NCBI GenBank assembly: GCA_963667725.2
Contig: CAXXHO010000004.1
Coordinates: 72,892-136,891, forward strand
Source: Treponemataceae bacterium
GTDB taxonomy: Bacteria; Spirochaetota; Spirochaetia; Treponematales; Rectinemataceae
Length of the DNA stretch: 64,000 nucleotides
Direction of reading: 5' to 3'
Shown: piece after piece, positions 39,385-50,400 of the stretch
How positions within the stretch are numbered: position 1 is the first letter of the stretch
Layout: each line of letters starts with the position of its first letter
Notes under the pieces: generated by a model
The model's database searches: none
Told to the model about the DNA's origin: nothing
Seen by the model: the letters and a program-made list of their open reading frames with translations, nothing else
Position numbers and translations under genes: made by a program

Positions 39385-39672
39385 ATGCCGACGCGGAATA
39401 TCAATCTCACCGAGCATCTCGACCGTTTTGTGGCGGGCGAAGTGAATGCCGGGCGGTATGGCAACGCGAGCGAGGTGGTGCGCGAAGGGCTCCGGCTGAT
39501 GGAGCGCCGACACCAGGAGGAGCGCGCCAAGCTGAAATGGCTGCGAGGCGCGGTGCGGGCCGGGGTGAACGAACTCGACCGCGGCGAAGGTATCGAGTTC
39601 GAATCGGCGGAAGATCTGAGTCGGGCGATCTCCCGGCTCACGGCGGCTCCGGCAAGAAAGCGACGTGGCTAA
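39385..39672 (+). CDS. parD: ParD-family antitoxin
   Basis: TRNINLTEHLDRFV...GRYGNASEVVREGLRLM. Confidence 0.9.
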   Translation: MPTRNINLTEHLDRFVAGEVNAGRYGNASEVVREGLRLMERRHQEERAKLKWLRGAVRAGVNELDRGEGIEFESAEDLSRAISRLTAAPARKRRG

Positions 39673-40057
39673 GACGTCCCAGTGCCCGGCGCGTCCGCGT
39701 CAGCCCATCGGCCATGCGCGACATCGAAGAGGCGCTGGCGTGGACCGAGGAGCACTTCGGACAGCGCGCCGCGATGCGCTACGGGCGGTTGATCAGTCGG
39801 GCTGTTTTCGATGTCGCTACCGATCCGCAACGCGTCGGAGCCAAGGCGCGGCCCGAGCTTGCATCCGGCATCTGGACCTATCACCTGTGGTTCAGTCGCG
39901 AGCGAACACTACTTCGCTAAAGAATCCGCGTCACTTTCTGGTCTATCGAACAACCGAGGCTTCGATCGAGGTGGTGCGCCTCCTGCATGACGCGCGCGAG
40001 TTGGAGCGCCATCTGCCACTCGATAGCGGCGAAGCGGCTGGTGGCACGACCGTCTGA
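39665..40057 (+). CDS. parE: ParE/RelE-family toxin (frameshifted)
   Basis: SAMRDIEEALAWTEEHFG...RPEL...PRHFLVYR...IEVVRLLHDARE. Confidence 0.85.
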   Translation: MAKTSQCPARPRQPIGHARHRRGAGVDRGALRTARRDALRAVDQSGCFRCRYRSATRRSQGAARACIRHLDLSPVVQSRANTTSLKNPRHFLVYRTTEASIEVVRLLHDARELERHLPLDSGEAAGGTTV

Positions 40058-40565
40058 GCGATACCGGCCAGTCAGCCGAGGCAGCTCGCTATTTCGACGA
40101 TTTCTACGCGGTCCCGCAAAGCGGCACGCCAACCATTACTCCAGCTACGAACGCGATCGCCAGACGCGACCGTGGGGCGCGAGTTCTCGCCGCGATCCAA
40201 CACGGCCCGTGGCCGTCGGGCGCCTGGCCGGTAGCGTTTGCCAAGTCGCTAACAACGTCCTCACATCGTTCGCGATCCCGCCTCTTGCGCGGACTTGCAC
40301 GCCCTCCGTCGCCGATTCGAGGACTGACACGACCCAATACGCGAGGCCGAAGCCGTCCGAATAGATATCGCAGCTCACGTTTGTGACGATTCTCAACTGA
40401 TCCAACCAGGCGGCGGAGCTTGGGGCCGTGAGTGCCGTTGGGCTGTTGCTAGTAAGAAGTCTGATGCAGAACAACGCGTGCGCCAAAGCGCGGGGAAGTC
40501 AACTGCTCCCCTGCCGCCGGAAGCACTATTGTTGAGGCGAAGAACTCGCGCTCGGCAGGTGAGGA

Positions 40566-41030
40566 TCACGCGCAGAACATGCCGAGATGATAGATGACCA
40601 TTCGCCTCGCTTCTGGAACCCAAATCGTGTAAAGCACCCCATCATGGAGCGGGATGAGCACAATCTCGACGATCTCAGCTGGGATGTTCTTTCTCAGGTG
40701 GCGCTGTTGCGCGACGGTGTCGCCGAGCCGCGCGGCCTCGTCTCGCGTTGCCCTGAAGATCACGTAGTGATCCTCGTCGGCTCGGTTCTCGGCGCGATTC
40801 AGCAACTGACTCCACCCCTCGCTTTGCCGCAGAACGTCAAGTCGGACAACGGAACGGACACTGTCGGCCTTGTGCCGGGAGAAATCGTGCAGGAACCCCT
40901 TGAGCCTTGCGCGGATCTCACTCGGCGTGGCGGCTTCCACTCCGCTCACGCATGACTCGGTGAGAAGTGCGCGGTTGTGGAAGGCGCGCGATGAAAACCA
41001 GCCGAGCGTGCTGTCGATATCACCGGACAC
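40566..41030 (-). CDS. hypothetical protein
   Basis: 154-aa ORF with protein-like composition; no family recognised. Confidence 0.4.
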   Translation of the reverse strand: MSGDIDSTLGWFSSRAFHNRALLTESCVSGVEAATPSEIRARLKGFLHDFSRHKADSVRSVVRLDVLRQSEGWSQLLNRAENRADEDHYVIFRATRDEAARLGDTVAQQRHLRKNIPAEIVEIVLIPLHDGVLYTIWVPEARRMVIYHLGMFCA

Positions 41031-41202
41031 CAGCCATGACCGCAGGAATGCATTTACACGCCTCCGTCGACAGCGCTGTCCTGGAAGGGCCGCCCAAGGT
41101 CCAACGCCGCCACCGTAGCGAACAAGATGTAGAGCCGTGACCTCACGAACTCATCCTATCCCGCACCGCGTCGCGATAGTCTGTTGTAGAGGACCGTGTC
41201 AG

Positions 41203-41546
41203 GTGAAAGTCACGCTGAATAGAGAATCAATAGGGCAGTGCGAAGTGTGGATTGATCCTGGCGAAGTGCTACCAGTTCTCGCCATTATGAATCAGAGCGA
41301 TGGTTCCAAACTCCTCCTATGGTCGGGCAAGCAAGAAGCTGTTGCCCTCTTCTCCGCTTCGAAGTTCGTCGTGTTGACAGCCGGCTCCCTCCTCAGTGGG
41401 AGGCTTCCGTGAACACTGCGGGCCACGTCGAACTGTCACCGAAGGAGTGGAAGACGCCAGAGTTTTGGGAGGCCTATCACGACGCGACGTGCTCTGCGGA
41501 GGAGTTGTTCCGCTCCATCGCAGACAGCATAATCGCGGTTTCTTAA
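41203..41546 (+). CDS. small hypothetical protein, possibly a toxin-immunity protein (frameshifted)
   Basis: VLAI...ALF...PPQW...LSPKEWKTPEFWEAYHD pattern across two frames. Confidence 0.5.
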
Positions 41547-41627
41547 GCGGTTCACTCAGCGATATGGTGGATCGGCGTAACAGAAGTCGCCGGCCGCCTG
41601 CAATTCTCGTGTTACTCCCTCCTTACT

Positions 41628-41960
41628 ATGACAATTGCCGATATTGCCAAGGCGGTGGACGTGCTCTCCCACGGGCAGCAACGCCGCTTTCTTGCCGGAT
41701 TAGCGCAAGCGTTCACCGTGGCGGCACGAGACACATACGTGGCAGGTAGTGAGGATGTCCAGGCTCCTAGGGGCCTCCGGGCATACATCGAGATGCAGCA
41801 CAGGATCACTGCTTGTCTGGCGGATAAGTTGAATGGCGAAAGCCACGATATCTGGACGTGGTCGTATCTGGCGGAATGCGCTGAAGGATACAGTTGCGAA
41901 GCGGCGGTATTGGGTGCATGCGCACGAGCCCTCCGCCTGTGCACCATAAGCCGAGACTTG
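41628..41960 (+). CDS. small hypothetical protein; the ORF reads on into a repeat
   Basis: FLAGLAQAFTVAARDTY...LRAYIEMQHRIT; true 3' end uncertain. Confidence 0.45.
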
Positions 41961-42062
41961 ACTCTGGTAGCGATGATCAATGAGATAGTGCGAGCTCCTG
42001 GCGTGTTCGCTTCCTTCAGCGATTGGCGATCACGGCGCAATTGGAGTGCTCTGGAGCGTGGT
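41957..42062 (+). repeat. ~105-bp dispersed direct repeat, copy 1
   Basis: CTTGACTCTGGTAGCGATGATCAATGAGATAG...CTCTGGAGCGTGGT recurs at 45760-45863. Confidence 0.9.
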
Positions 42063-42219
42063 CGCCTTTTGGGGTGGTGTTGTTGCACCGCCGGACGCAC
42101 TGATGGCTCGCGAAAACGCCAGCTGGCCGTGCGACTCTGTATCGCGACTCCATTTATGGGCCTGCCGAGCTCGGCTCAAGACGTCTGGCGGTCCTGCCGA
42201 AATCGATGGAAGGAGCACC

Positions 42220-42705
42220 GTGGACATTGACCACTACCTGATCGACCAAGCGGGGTTCGATTGGCAGGTGCTCCTTCAGGGCTGGGCAGAGATCCTGCCC
42301 GCGACATTTACGATTTGGCTAGTTACCAGATTCGGCGATGTGTTCCTGATTTCGGAAGATCGCTCTGTCCAACATCTCGACGTCGGACTCGGTAGGTTAC
42401 AACAGGTCGCGAAGACGCGGGAGCAGTTTGCGGACCTGATGGATGTGCCCGAAAACGCGGACGACTGGCTCATGATTCCGCTTGTAGACCAGTGTGTTGA
42501 ATCGGGCATCGCGCTTGCCCCCGGGCAGTGCTACGGCTTTAAGACTTCCCCGCTTTTCGGTGGCGAGTATCGACCCGAGAACGTTTATTCTATCGACCTT
42601 GCGAAGTACTATTCATATCTGGCCGACATCTTCCTGCAGACGAAAGACCTCCAGGATGGGACACGCGTCAGGCTGCTGGTGCGCCCGGATCCGCCCGGTC
42701 GCTGA
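42220..42705 (+). CDS. DUF1851 / T6SS Tdi1 C-terminal-like immunity protein
   Basis: AGGAG RBS; TRFGDVFL, LAPGQCYGFK.SPLFGGEY..EN. Confidence 0.75.
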   Translation: MDIDHYLIDQAGFDWQVLLQGWAEILPATFTIWLVTRFGDVFLISEDRSVQHLDVGLGRLQQVAKTREQFADLMDVPENADDWLMIPLVDQCVESGIALAPGQCYGFKTSPLFGGEYRPENVYSIDLAKYYSYLADIFLQTKDLQDGTRVRLLVRPDPPGR

Positions 42706-42933
42706 AGCGCGTTCGGTGGCTCTCCACCAGACACCAAGTGCCATGTCGGGACCGACGGTCGCGTAGCGGCAGCGGTGCGACACCTTTACCTGGTGCTGTT
42801 CGAAGCGAGCGGCCCGCCGATATCTTGGTGAACTCCGCGAATCCACCGAAACGGTCGTGAACAGTCGGAAGGCCGTTCCGCGACCATCTCCAGTGCCGGC
42901 CTCTGCGAGAACGACTGCCAATAGAATAGATAG

Positions 42934-43435
42934 ATGGACATCCCCGCAGAGGACAGCGTGGGCTCGATAGGCCTGGAAGGCATTCCACCCATGGATCCAG
43001 GAGCGCCCTGTCCCATGGTCTTTGCTGAGGACCACGCGTTGGTGTTGTCCTACTGGTGCCGCGACGAGCCGCCCTATCCGCCAGCGACGGCGCCTTTGGC
43101 GGTCATTCGCTTTGACGATCCGTATTACCACTCGTCTGGTCCGCCAAACGACGAAGCGATAGCGGGACACCGTCTCGCTGGCAAGGGGTTGCATCCCTGC
43201 GGTGTGTTTCGGGTCGAAGAATCATCACTGATTCGGCAGCTTGAACAGATGAACACCGTCCCATCCCCGCCACGACCCCGAGGCCTTCGGTCGCATGGTC
43301 CATTACATTTTCACGTTTCACGATTCCACCTTTGAATGCATCGCTGGAGGCTTTACCGCCACCGTAGAGCAGGTAGGACTGGGCCAGGAATATGACCGAA
43401 CTCTTGCGTGTTTGCGCCGGCGCGAGGGGCAATAA
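42934..43435 (+). CDS. conserved hypothetical protein, immunity-like (frameshifted)
   Basis: GAPCP, GPPNDEAIAGHRL..KGL, HYIFTFHDSTFECIA across two frames. Confidence 0.6.
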
Positions 43436-43440
43436 CCGAG

Positions 43441-44021
43441 ATGGCCGGGCCCGTGGCTTCGATTCTCGTGCCTGAGCTACTGAGCGATGCGCGCCTGGGG
43501 GCGCTCCGAATGCTCGGAGATCCACGACCCGCCGCTTCGAACGCGAGTGCCGCATTGCGGATCACGGACACACGAGCGGTTGGGGGAGACTACTTCGGCG
43601 AGGGCACGCCCTTTCATATTCGCGTGCGACCCTCCCGACTTGGACCCGTCGGAAGTGGCCCGGATCGCCGACACTTTCGGTTTCGTGCCTAGGCAGGAGT
43701 TTGTGCTTGCGGCGATGTGCAACGCTCCTGAGGATCACAGAATTCTGGGCGCTGTTGCCGCGCACCTCGCTGAGCAGTGGTCCGGCGTCATCGACCTAGG
43801 TGGAGCATTAGTGCCGCCCTCCTGGATACACCGGAAGTACTGGACGGTCTCCTGGTCCGAGATAGAGCCGGAACTTGGCCCCTGGGTAGCTTCAATCGGC
43901 GGGTCGCATTCTGACACTCCCTTATGAGGCAAGGAACGGACACATATGGGCGGAGCATGTAGTTGACGTGACGTTCCTGCGGAACTGGCTTCAGCACCCA
44001 GATTTCTATATGGTCAAGTAG
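43441..44021 (+). CDS. DUF6368-like protein (frameshifted)
   Basis: MAGPVASI..., AMCNAPEDHRILG..A..LAE..SGVIDLGG, C-terminus WLQHPDFYMVK. Confidence 0.55.
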
Positions 44022-44503
44022 ACCGGACGAAATGCGGGAATCTGGATGCGGGGTCGTCATTTCTGAATTAGGCTCGTACGGGCTGGAGTTCAAAGGCGCG
44101 ATTACGAATTCCGTATCGCGACTGGACATTTCAGCCCACATAAGCCAGACCACACTACTTCGGCGTTCATTGAGAAGTTCAGTGGTGGAGGTCTCGACCA
44201 CTACCACTACGATTGACAGTTCGATCCAGTTCCTGCCCCCAGGCGCCTGGCTTCGTACGGGGTGTGGTGCCGCAGGAACAGAATGGCGTACTGCGGATCT
44301 GGACGAGCCCTGTAACGCTGAACGACATAACCGACCGATTGACCACCGGTGCGATCCGATGCGGAAATGGTTGGAGGCACCACCGACATCATGCCAAACC
44401 AGCCAGAACGAGCAGGCTACTTGAATGTTTCCGGAAGCGCCACTGCTGCACCGACGGCCGTTCGGCTGCGATGCTGGGCTGGGCACAACAATGAGAGGGA
44501 AAC

Positions 44504-44686
44504 ATGCAAATCGATGAGGTTGAACAGAACTCGCCCGATTTCGATTGGTTCGCTGTCGATGAGCAAGGTTTGATCGCTCACTTTGCGACGGCAGGATTCA
44601 AGCTCTTGCCAGGGACGGTTTCAAGCTCGGCAGAAGACCTCGCCACCGTCACGAGCTATTTTCTGAACCGCGCTCCGGTCGTCAGC
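44504..44686 (+). pseudogene. 5' fragment of an immunity-like gene, cut by an araC fragment
   Basis: DFDWFAVDEQGLIAHFATAG; sequence switches to araC-like at 44687. Confidence 0.55.
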
Positions 44687-44852
44687 GGGGCTGGTCCCAT
44701 TGAGTACCTGCGAACTGGCGCATCGCCCTGGCGAAAGACGAACTTTCCTGCGGAACAAAGACCATCGGAGAGATTGCTCTGTCCGTAGGTCTTCACTCTT
44801 CGAGCGCCGTCAGCACCGCCTTCACTCGCGCGGCGGGTTGCTCTCCAAAACG
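44687..44852 (+). pseudogene. diverged duplicate of the araC 3' end (37297-37464)
   Basis: shared long tract CCTGCGGAACAAAGACCATCGGAGAGATTGCTCTGTCCGTAGGT with scattered substitutions elsewhere. Confidence 0.9.
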
Positions 44853-44871
44853 GTATGCGGCGCGGAGAGAA

Positions 44872-45357
44872 CTATCGCGGCCCCAGTTTGGCTTGTAGGT
44901 CTTGGAACACGTTTTGCAGCACGACAGAATCGTACCCCTGGAAAGCCTCCTTCAGGCGTCCTTTACTGATTTTCGCAAGATGGCCCGAGGCTTGAATCCG
45001 AATTTTCTGAGCTGTTCCGGGCTCGCCAGCAGCACCCGGAACGTAGGCGAACTTGATGCTCACTTGAACGTTGTAGACCCAGTCGCCCTTGAGCACGACA
45101 ACGCCTGCGTTCTCCGTGGTTCTCAAGTAGCCGGACTCTTTGTCCATCGTAGCAACGGCAAAGTTGCTTTCCAGGATCGCGTTCAACGCCGTCTGCCAGC
45201 ATTTCTCGTATTGGTGTTGGAGGTCGTCGCGGATAGGGATCTCTCGCCAGACCGGGTCGCCGACTACGAACCGGGATTTGACCGGGTCCGGTAGACCGGC
45301 AAATGCGGGCACGCAAGCAAGTGTAATGGAGAGTACGACGCAAAGAGATGAGCGCAT
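44872..45357 (-). CDS. exported hypothetical protein
   Basis: signal peptide MRSSLCVVLSITLACVPAFA; intact 161-aa ORF; GGAGG upstream. Confidence 0.7.
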   Translation of the reverse strand: MRSSLCVVLSITLACVPAFAGLPDPVKSRFVVGDPVWREIPIRDDLQHQYEKCWQTALNAILESNFAVATMDKESGYLRTTENAGVVVLKGDWVYNVQVSIKFAYVPGAAGEPGTAQKIRIQASGHLAKISKGRLKEAFQGYDSVVLQNVFQDLQAKLGPR

Positions 45358-45759
45358 TTAGCAAGGCCTCCGTCCTGCCAACAAAGCGAAGCTCGGATGG
45401 TTCTCAGGACACCATCAGTTCATGAAAACCGATCGGCGACAACTGGAATAGCTGGTCGATCTCTGCCAAAAAGAGGAAGCGTAATCCATGAAACTGAAGT
45501 CCTTTATTCGGACGATCTCGCTGGGCCTCGCCATCGAACTTAAGCCCTCCTCGTGAAAACAATCCAGGCTGGTGGCACGGTAAGCTTCCTGCTTCTCGTC
45601 CTTGATCGCCACAATCAAGGACTTCTGCGAGTGTCGCCCGGCCTTTCGATCGGCAGGCCGGCCATAAGTACGTCGGCCTGTGATCGCCCCTCTCAATCCA
45701 CTTAAGAAGATACCCGAAACGGCTTTCTCCCGAAACAACTTTCCCCTTCGGACGCCCTC

Positions 45760-45863
45760 CTTGACTCTGGTAGCGATGATCAATGAGATAGGCGAGCCCT
45801 GGGATGTTCGCTTCCTTCAGCGATTGGCGATCACGGCGCAATTGGACTGCTCTGGAGCGTGGT
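45760..45863 (+). repeat. ~105-bp dispersed direct repeat, copy 2
   Basis: near-identical to 41957-42062. Confidence 0.9.
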
Positions 45864-45872
45864 AGCGAGTAA

Positions 45873-47105
45873 GATGGACCGAGTGGCTCATTGTATCGTT
45901 CGTGACACCGCAGGTTTTCCGCGCACATACCGCGCTTCCGGCTTCTGGTTGATTCTGCTCACAGTCGTTGGATCCGGCCTTTGCGCTCGGCGGCGCCATC
46001 GGTGCATGGCAGCTTGTTGCGAAGGGCCCCCGAAATGGCACTCTCTGGATAGTAGGTGTTTGCGTTCTCGTTGCCGTCTTCGGAATCTACTGCCTGTTGT
46101 CCACGTACCGCTCGAAGGTTGTACTTTTTCCGGACCGTATCGAAGCCGAAGAACTCACTCGGACCGATGTGCTCAGCCGCGACGAGATTCGGGGCTGGAG
46201 ACCAATCCCGACATCGCCCGGAGGATTTGTCTTCATTCCCAAGAACCCTGGTCAGCGTCCGGTGAAAGTGGCCCAGGTGTTCCGTCCGGATTCGACATTC
46301 CTCGAATGGGTGTACACGCTGCCTTCCTTGGACGAGTTGGACAGGAAGCGGTCGAAAGGTGAGGTCCGCAAGGATGCCCGCCTTGGTGCCACGCCTGGTG
46401 AGCGAATGAAGTCGCTGGCCAAGGGGCGGCGCCTCGCGGCATGCGTCAATATCGGAGCTTCTTCGGTCGCGCTTTGGGGGTTCTTGTGGCCCCAACCATA
46501 CGAGACGGTCGTGCTGTCCCTGGTCGCGGTGCCTTGGGTGGCTCTCGCCATCGTCAAGGGATCGCGAGGCCTGTTCCGCGTAGACGGATATAAGAACGAC
46601 GCTCATCCTAACGTCGCGATCGCTCTGATATTTCCGGGGCTGATACTGATGTTTCGTGGTGTGATCGACTATCAAGTCCTGGGGGCACTCGCTCTTGGCT
46701 GGTACGCACTGGGCATTGGTGTTGCCTTGTGGTTCTGTACCTGCCTTGCCGACGCCACCATGAGGACGCGAGTGGGCAGCGCGATCGCCTTCTTTGCATT
46801 CGCTGTTCTCTACGGCTATGGCGTTGCGGCTGAAGCGAACGCATTGCTGGATCGCTCGCCGGAGCAATCGTATTCCGCGGAAGTGACAGATAAGCGGGTT
46901 GTGTCCGGGAAGAACTACCACCTACCGACTTGACCTGGGCCCATGGGGACCTCTGTCGGACGCAAACCATATTCGCGTGGGGCAGAGTACCTATGAGTAC
47001 ATTCAGCGCGGAGATATCGTCCATATGGTCGTGCAGAATGGCGCATTGGGCGTAAAGTGGTTCTATTTTCGCTCCTGGGAGCGCGGTGGATCGCGCCAAC
47101 GCTAA
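45873..47105 (+). CDS. multi-pass membrane protein (frameshifted)
   Basis: TM segments; C-terminal TTYRLDLGPWGP...GALGVKW across frames. Confidence 0.65.
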
Positions 47106-47421
47106 ATGAAGCGCGACCAAGCCTCCGCAACTCGATGAGGTGCTGATTGGTCACAAGCCTTTGGTCTCCGCTCGCTGCCCGGGCAGTGAGAAGCACATAC
47201 TCTTTCGAAGGAGGTCCCCCTTTTTATGTGCCAGAGAGCCTCGAGAGATACGACGGCGTTTGTCGTTGCTAATCTTGCCCGAACTCAGGATTGTGCCAAT
47301 TCTTCGAGAGGCCGGTACTATAGCCAAAGTGCGCCGCAGCGTTGCGCGGATAGGCATTCTCTGCCGGAAGGGCAAATTCCGGGTAAAGCGGAACTGTTCC
47401 TTATTGTCGTAAGGAGGAAGG

Positions 47422-50400
47422 TTGGAACCACCAATGGCAAGCTCAGCTGAAGCCTCCTTGAAGAAGGTCTATCCCTGGAAACGGTTCTGGGTGCCCCGTG
47501 GTACGGAACTGACGCTCCTTAACAATGCATACCTCCCGGACCCGGAGGCTGACTTCACTCGCTTCTACAACCAGAATGTGTCCACTTTCAAGGCGATGAG
47601 CGGCGGGCAGTGTAACGTGCTTCTTGGCGATGGCGGCATGGGCAAGAGCTGGAGTCTGGGCCGCGACCATCGTGAGTTGACTCCGATTTGGGAGTCCCAA
47701 AAGGAATGCGGGGCTCTCATGGACCTCGGCCAGCTATCGCGCTGTGCCGACCTCGATCTTCGGTTGAACGACGATGCGGCCGTCCGGCGGTGGCGGAGCG
47801 AAGGGGGAATCCTGCACCTAACTTTTGACTCCCTCGATGAGGCGCTCCCCTCACTGCCGAATCTGCCTAAGGTGCTCCTTGGTATCCTAGAGAGACTTCC
47901 CAAAGACTCCTTGCGGCTCTCAATATCGTGCCGCTCGGTCCTGTGGCCGCCATTTCTCGAGGATCGCCTGCAAAGCCTATATGGGCGGGCCGGAGTCCAG
48001 GTGTGGCGGCTTGCTCCGCTCCGGCGTGAGGATGTGCGCGTAGCTGCCTCGGTGAACAATCTGGACGGCGATGCGTTTCTTCAGGCTGTCGGAGACAAAA
48101 ACGTAGAGGCAATGGCGGCGCATCCTCTGACGCTTGCGTTACTCCTCCGCTCAGTCTCCAGCGGCTCCGCACTTCCCGATGAACTGACTCAACTTTATGA
48201 GCGCGGTTGCAAGACATTTCTTCTTGAGCCGGCAGACTCGAGTCGCGCTGTTACGCCTGGACGGATGAACGCAGACGAGATGATGGCGGTTGCGGGACGC
48301 ATGGCTTGCATGATGCTCTTTGCCGCGAAGACCGCTGTTGAAACGAACGAGGTTGATCCTTGCCCGGAGGATGCAGTCGGAATAGGCAGCTTGGCGGGAA
48401 GTTCCGAAATCGTTCGGGGCGCCCGTTTTCAGATCGGAACTCTTGATGTGTGGGAGGCGATTAGGAGTGGCCTGTTCACGCGAACCGGTTCTCAGTTTCG
48501 GTGGATTCACAAGAGCTTCGCTGAGTTTCTCGCCGCCTATCATCTGCGCGGCGAAGGCACCACCCTCTCGCAGATCCGGAAACTCTTTGTGGTGGCCGAT
48601 CGGATCGCTCCGCCCTTGGCGGGGATTGGGGCGTGGCTCGCCGCGATGCGGGAAGATGTCGTGACCGAGTTCCTGCAAATCGATCCCGAGGTGCTTCTGG
48701 ACGCCGATCTTTCGAAGAGCCCTACTTCGATTCAAGCGGATTTGGTTGAGTTCCTATTTCGGCTGGCTAAAGCTGAAAGCCCTTTCGTATATCAGTGGGG
48801 CCTGTTCTGGAAGTTCAAGAAGCTGAGCCATCCGGGTTTGCCGGCGCAGGTCGAAGCGCGGCTCGACGCATCAAATCCCAAAGGGGTTCGGAGGCTTGCC
48901 ATCCAGATCGCAAATGCCTCTGGCGGGATCGGACTAACCCGGAAGCTTGTTGACATCGCATTGGACGACAACGAGGAAGGCTTCCTTCGCATCGATTCGG
49001 TAGCGTGGATCTCGGAGTACGGAGATTCAAGTGACAGGGTACGTCTTCGCCCGTTGGCGCTGAAGGTGGGCGGCGAGAGGGACGAGCAACGTCTTCAGTC
49101 ATACGCCCTTGCGGCCGTGTGGCCGTCGCACGCCACGTGGCCGGAAGTTCGCGACAGTGTCGGCCTGAAGGATTATCAACAAACGGACGCCCTCGGGCGA
49201 TTCCTGGCTCACGATCTCATTAAGGAGCTTCCGAAGTCTGAGTTCGCCGGTGCGTTGCATTGGCTCGCTCAAGAATACCCTGATCCAAACCCGCTTTCCG
49301 GCTGGGCGGGCGCAGCGGATCAACTCATTCTGAGCGCTATGAACCATGTGGATGATGCAGCTATCCGATCCGCACTCGCGGATCTTCTGGCTGCGCGACT
49401 TGCGTATCACCATATGGTCTTCGATAGTCGCGGGGTTTTCCAGCATAGGGAGGTTGTGTTGGGATCGGCCACAATGCGCCGAATTCTTGCTTCAGAGTTG
49501 GTACCCCGCCTTGGCGGAAAGACGCCAACTGCGTGGCTGCTACTCCAGGCCCCGGCTCCACTTCTCCTGGAAAGCGATCTCGAATTCGCGGTTGAAGAGT
49601 GGAAGCATGCTGTGCCTGACACTCGACCGAACTGGGAGAGTATTGTTGTGGCGCTCACTAAGTGGGACATCGCCGAAGCGCGGTCCAAGGTCTACGCCCT
49701 GACGGCGGACCGGCCTGAGCTGAAAGCGACACTAAAAGCTCACTACGCCAGTAGCCGGCGGTTCAGGAAACGCGAGAATGACCTTCAAGCGAAGGCGCGC
49801 CGCAAGTCCGGGCGCACTCGCAGCATTCGCATTCGGGCCATTGGAGATCTCGTTGCCGAATGCGAGCGGGATCCTCGCTCGATACCGCGCCTTCTCTGGC
49901 TTATGGTCGCGAGAATCGACCGTGACATGGTCGAGGATCCTTTTCGCTCGAACCTTCGCGAACTGCCCGGCTGGTCGGTCCTGACGGCGATGGACGCGGA
50001 TCGCGTCATCGTGGCAGCGAAACGGTTCTTGACTGTCGAACCTTCTTACACAGGCATGACCCTTCGATACGGTGGTCGAAGCCGACGCGACCTCGCTGTA
50101 TACAAGATCCTTCGGGACCGTATGGCTCATGAGCCCGGGTACGTGAGATCTCTCACTCCCGAGGTGCTTTCGAAGTGGGTTTTGAGTGTTCTGCTGTACC
50201 AGGCATCCCAAACGGACAAAGAATTGGACGAGACGGATGCCGTCTTGAGAAAACTCTGTTGTGCAAATGCATCGGCTGTCAGGCGCTGCTCGGAAATCCT
50301 CATTCGTCAGTACGACAGGCTCCACAATCCAGAGCGGTTACTGAAGTGGTTGTCGTCCGAATGCACGTCTCCGGAACTAGACCAAACTCTCCTCAGAATT

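Noticed and set aside
34302..47105. Integron cassette array
   Set aside because: No RYYYAAC...GTTRRRY attC pattern seen between genes, no IntI, and mixed gene orientation
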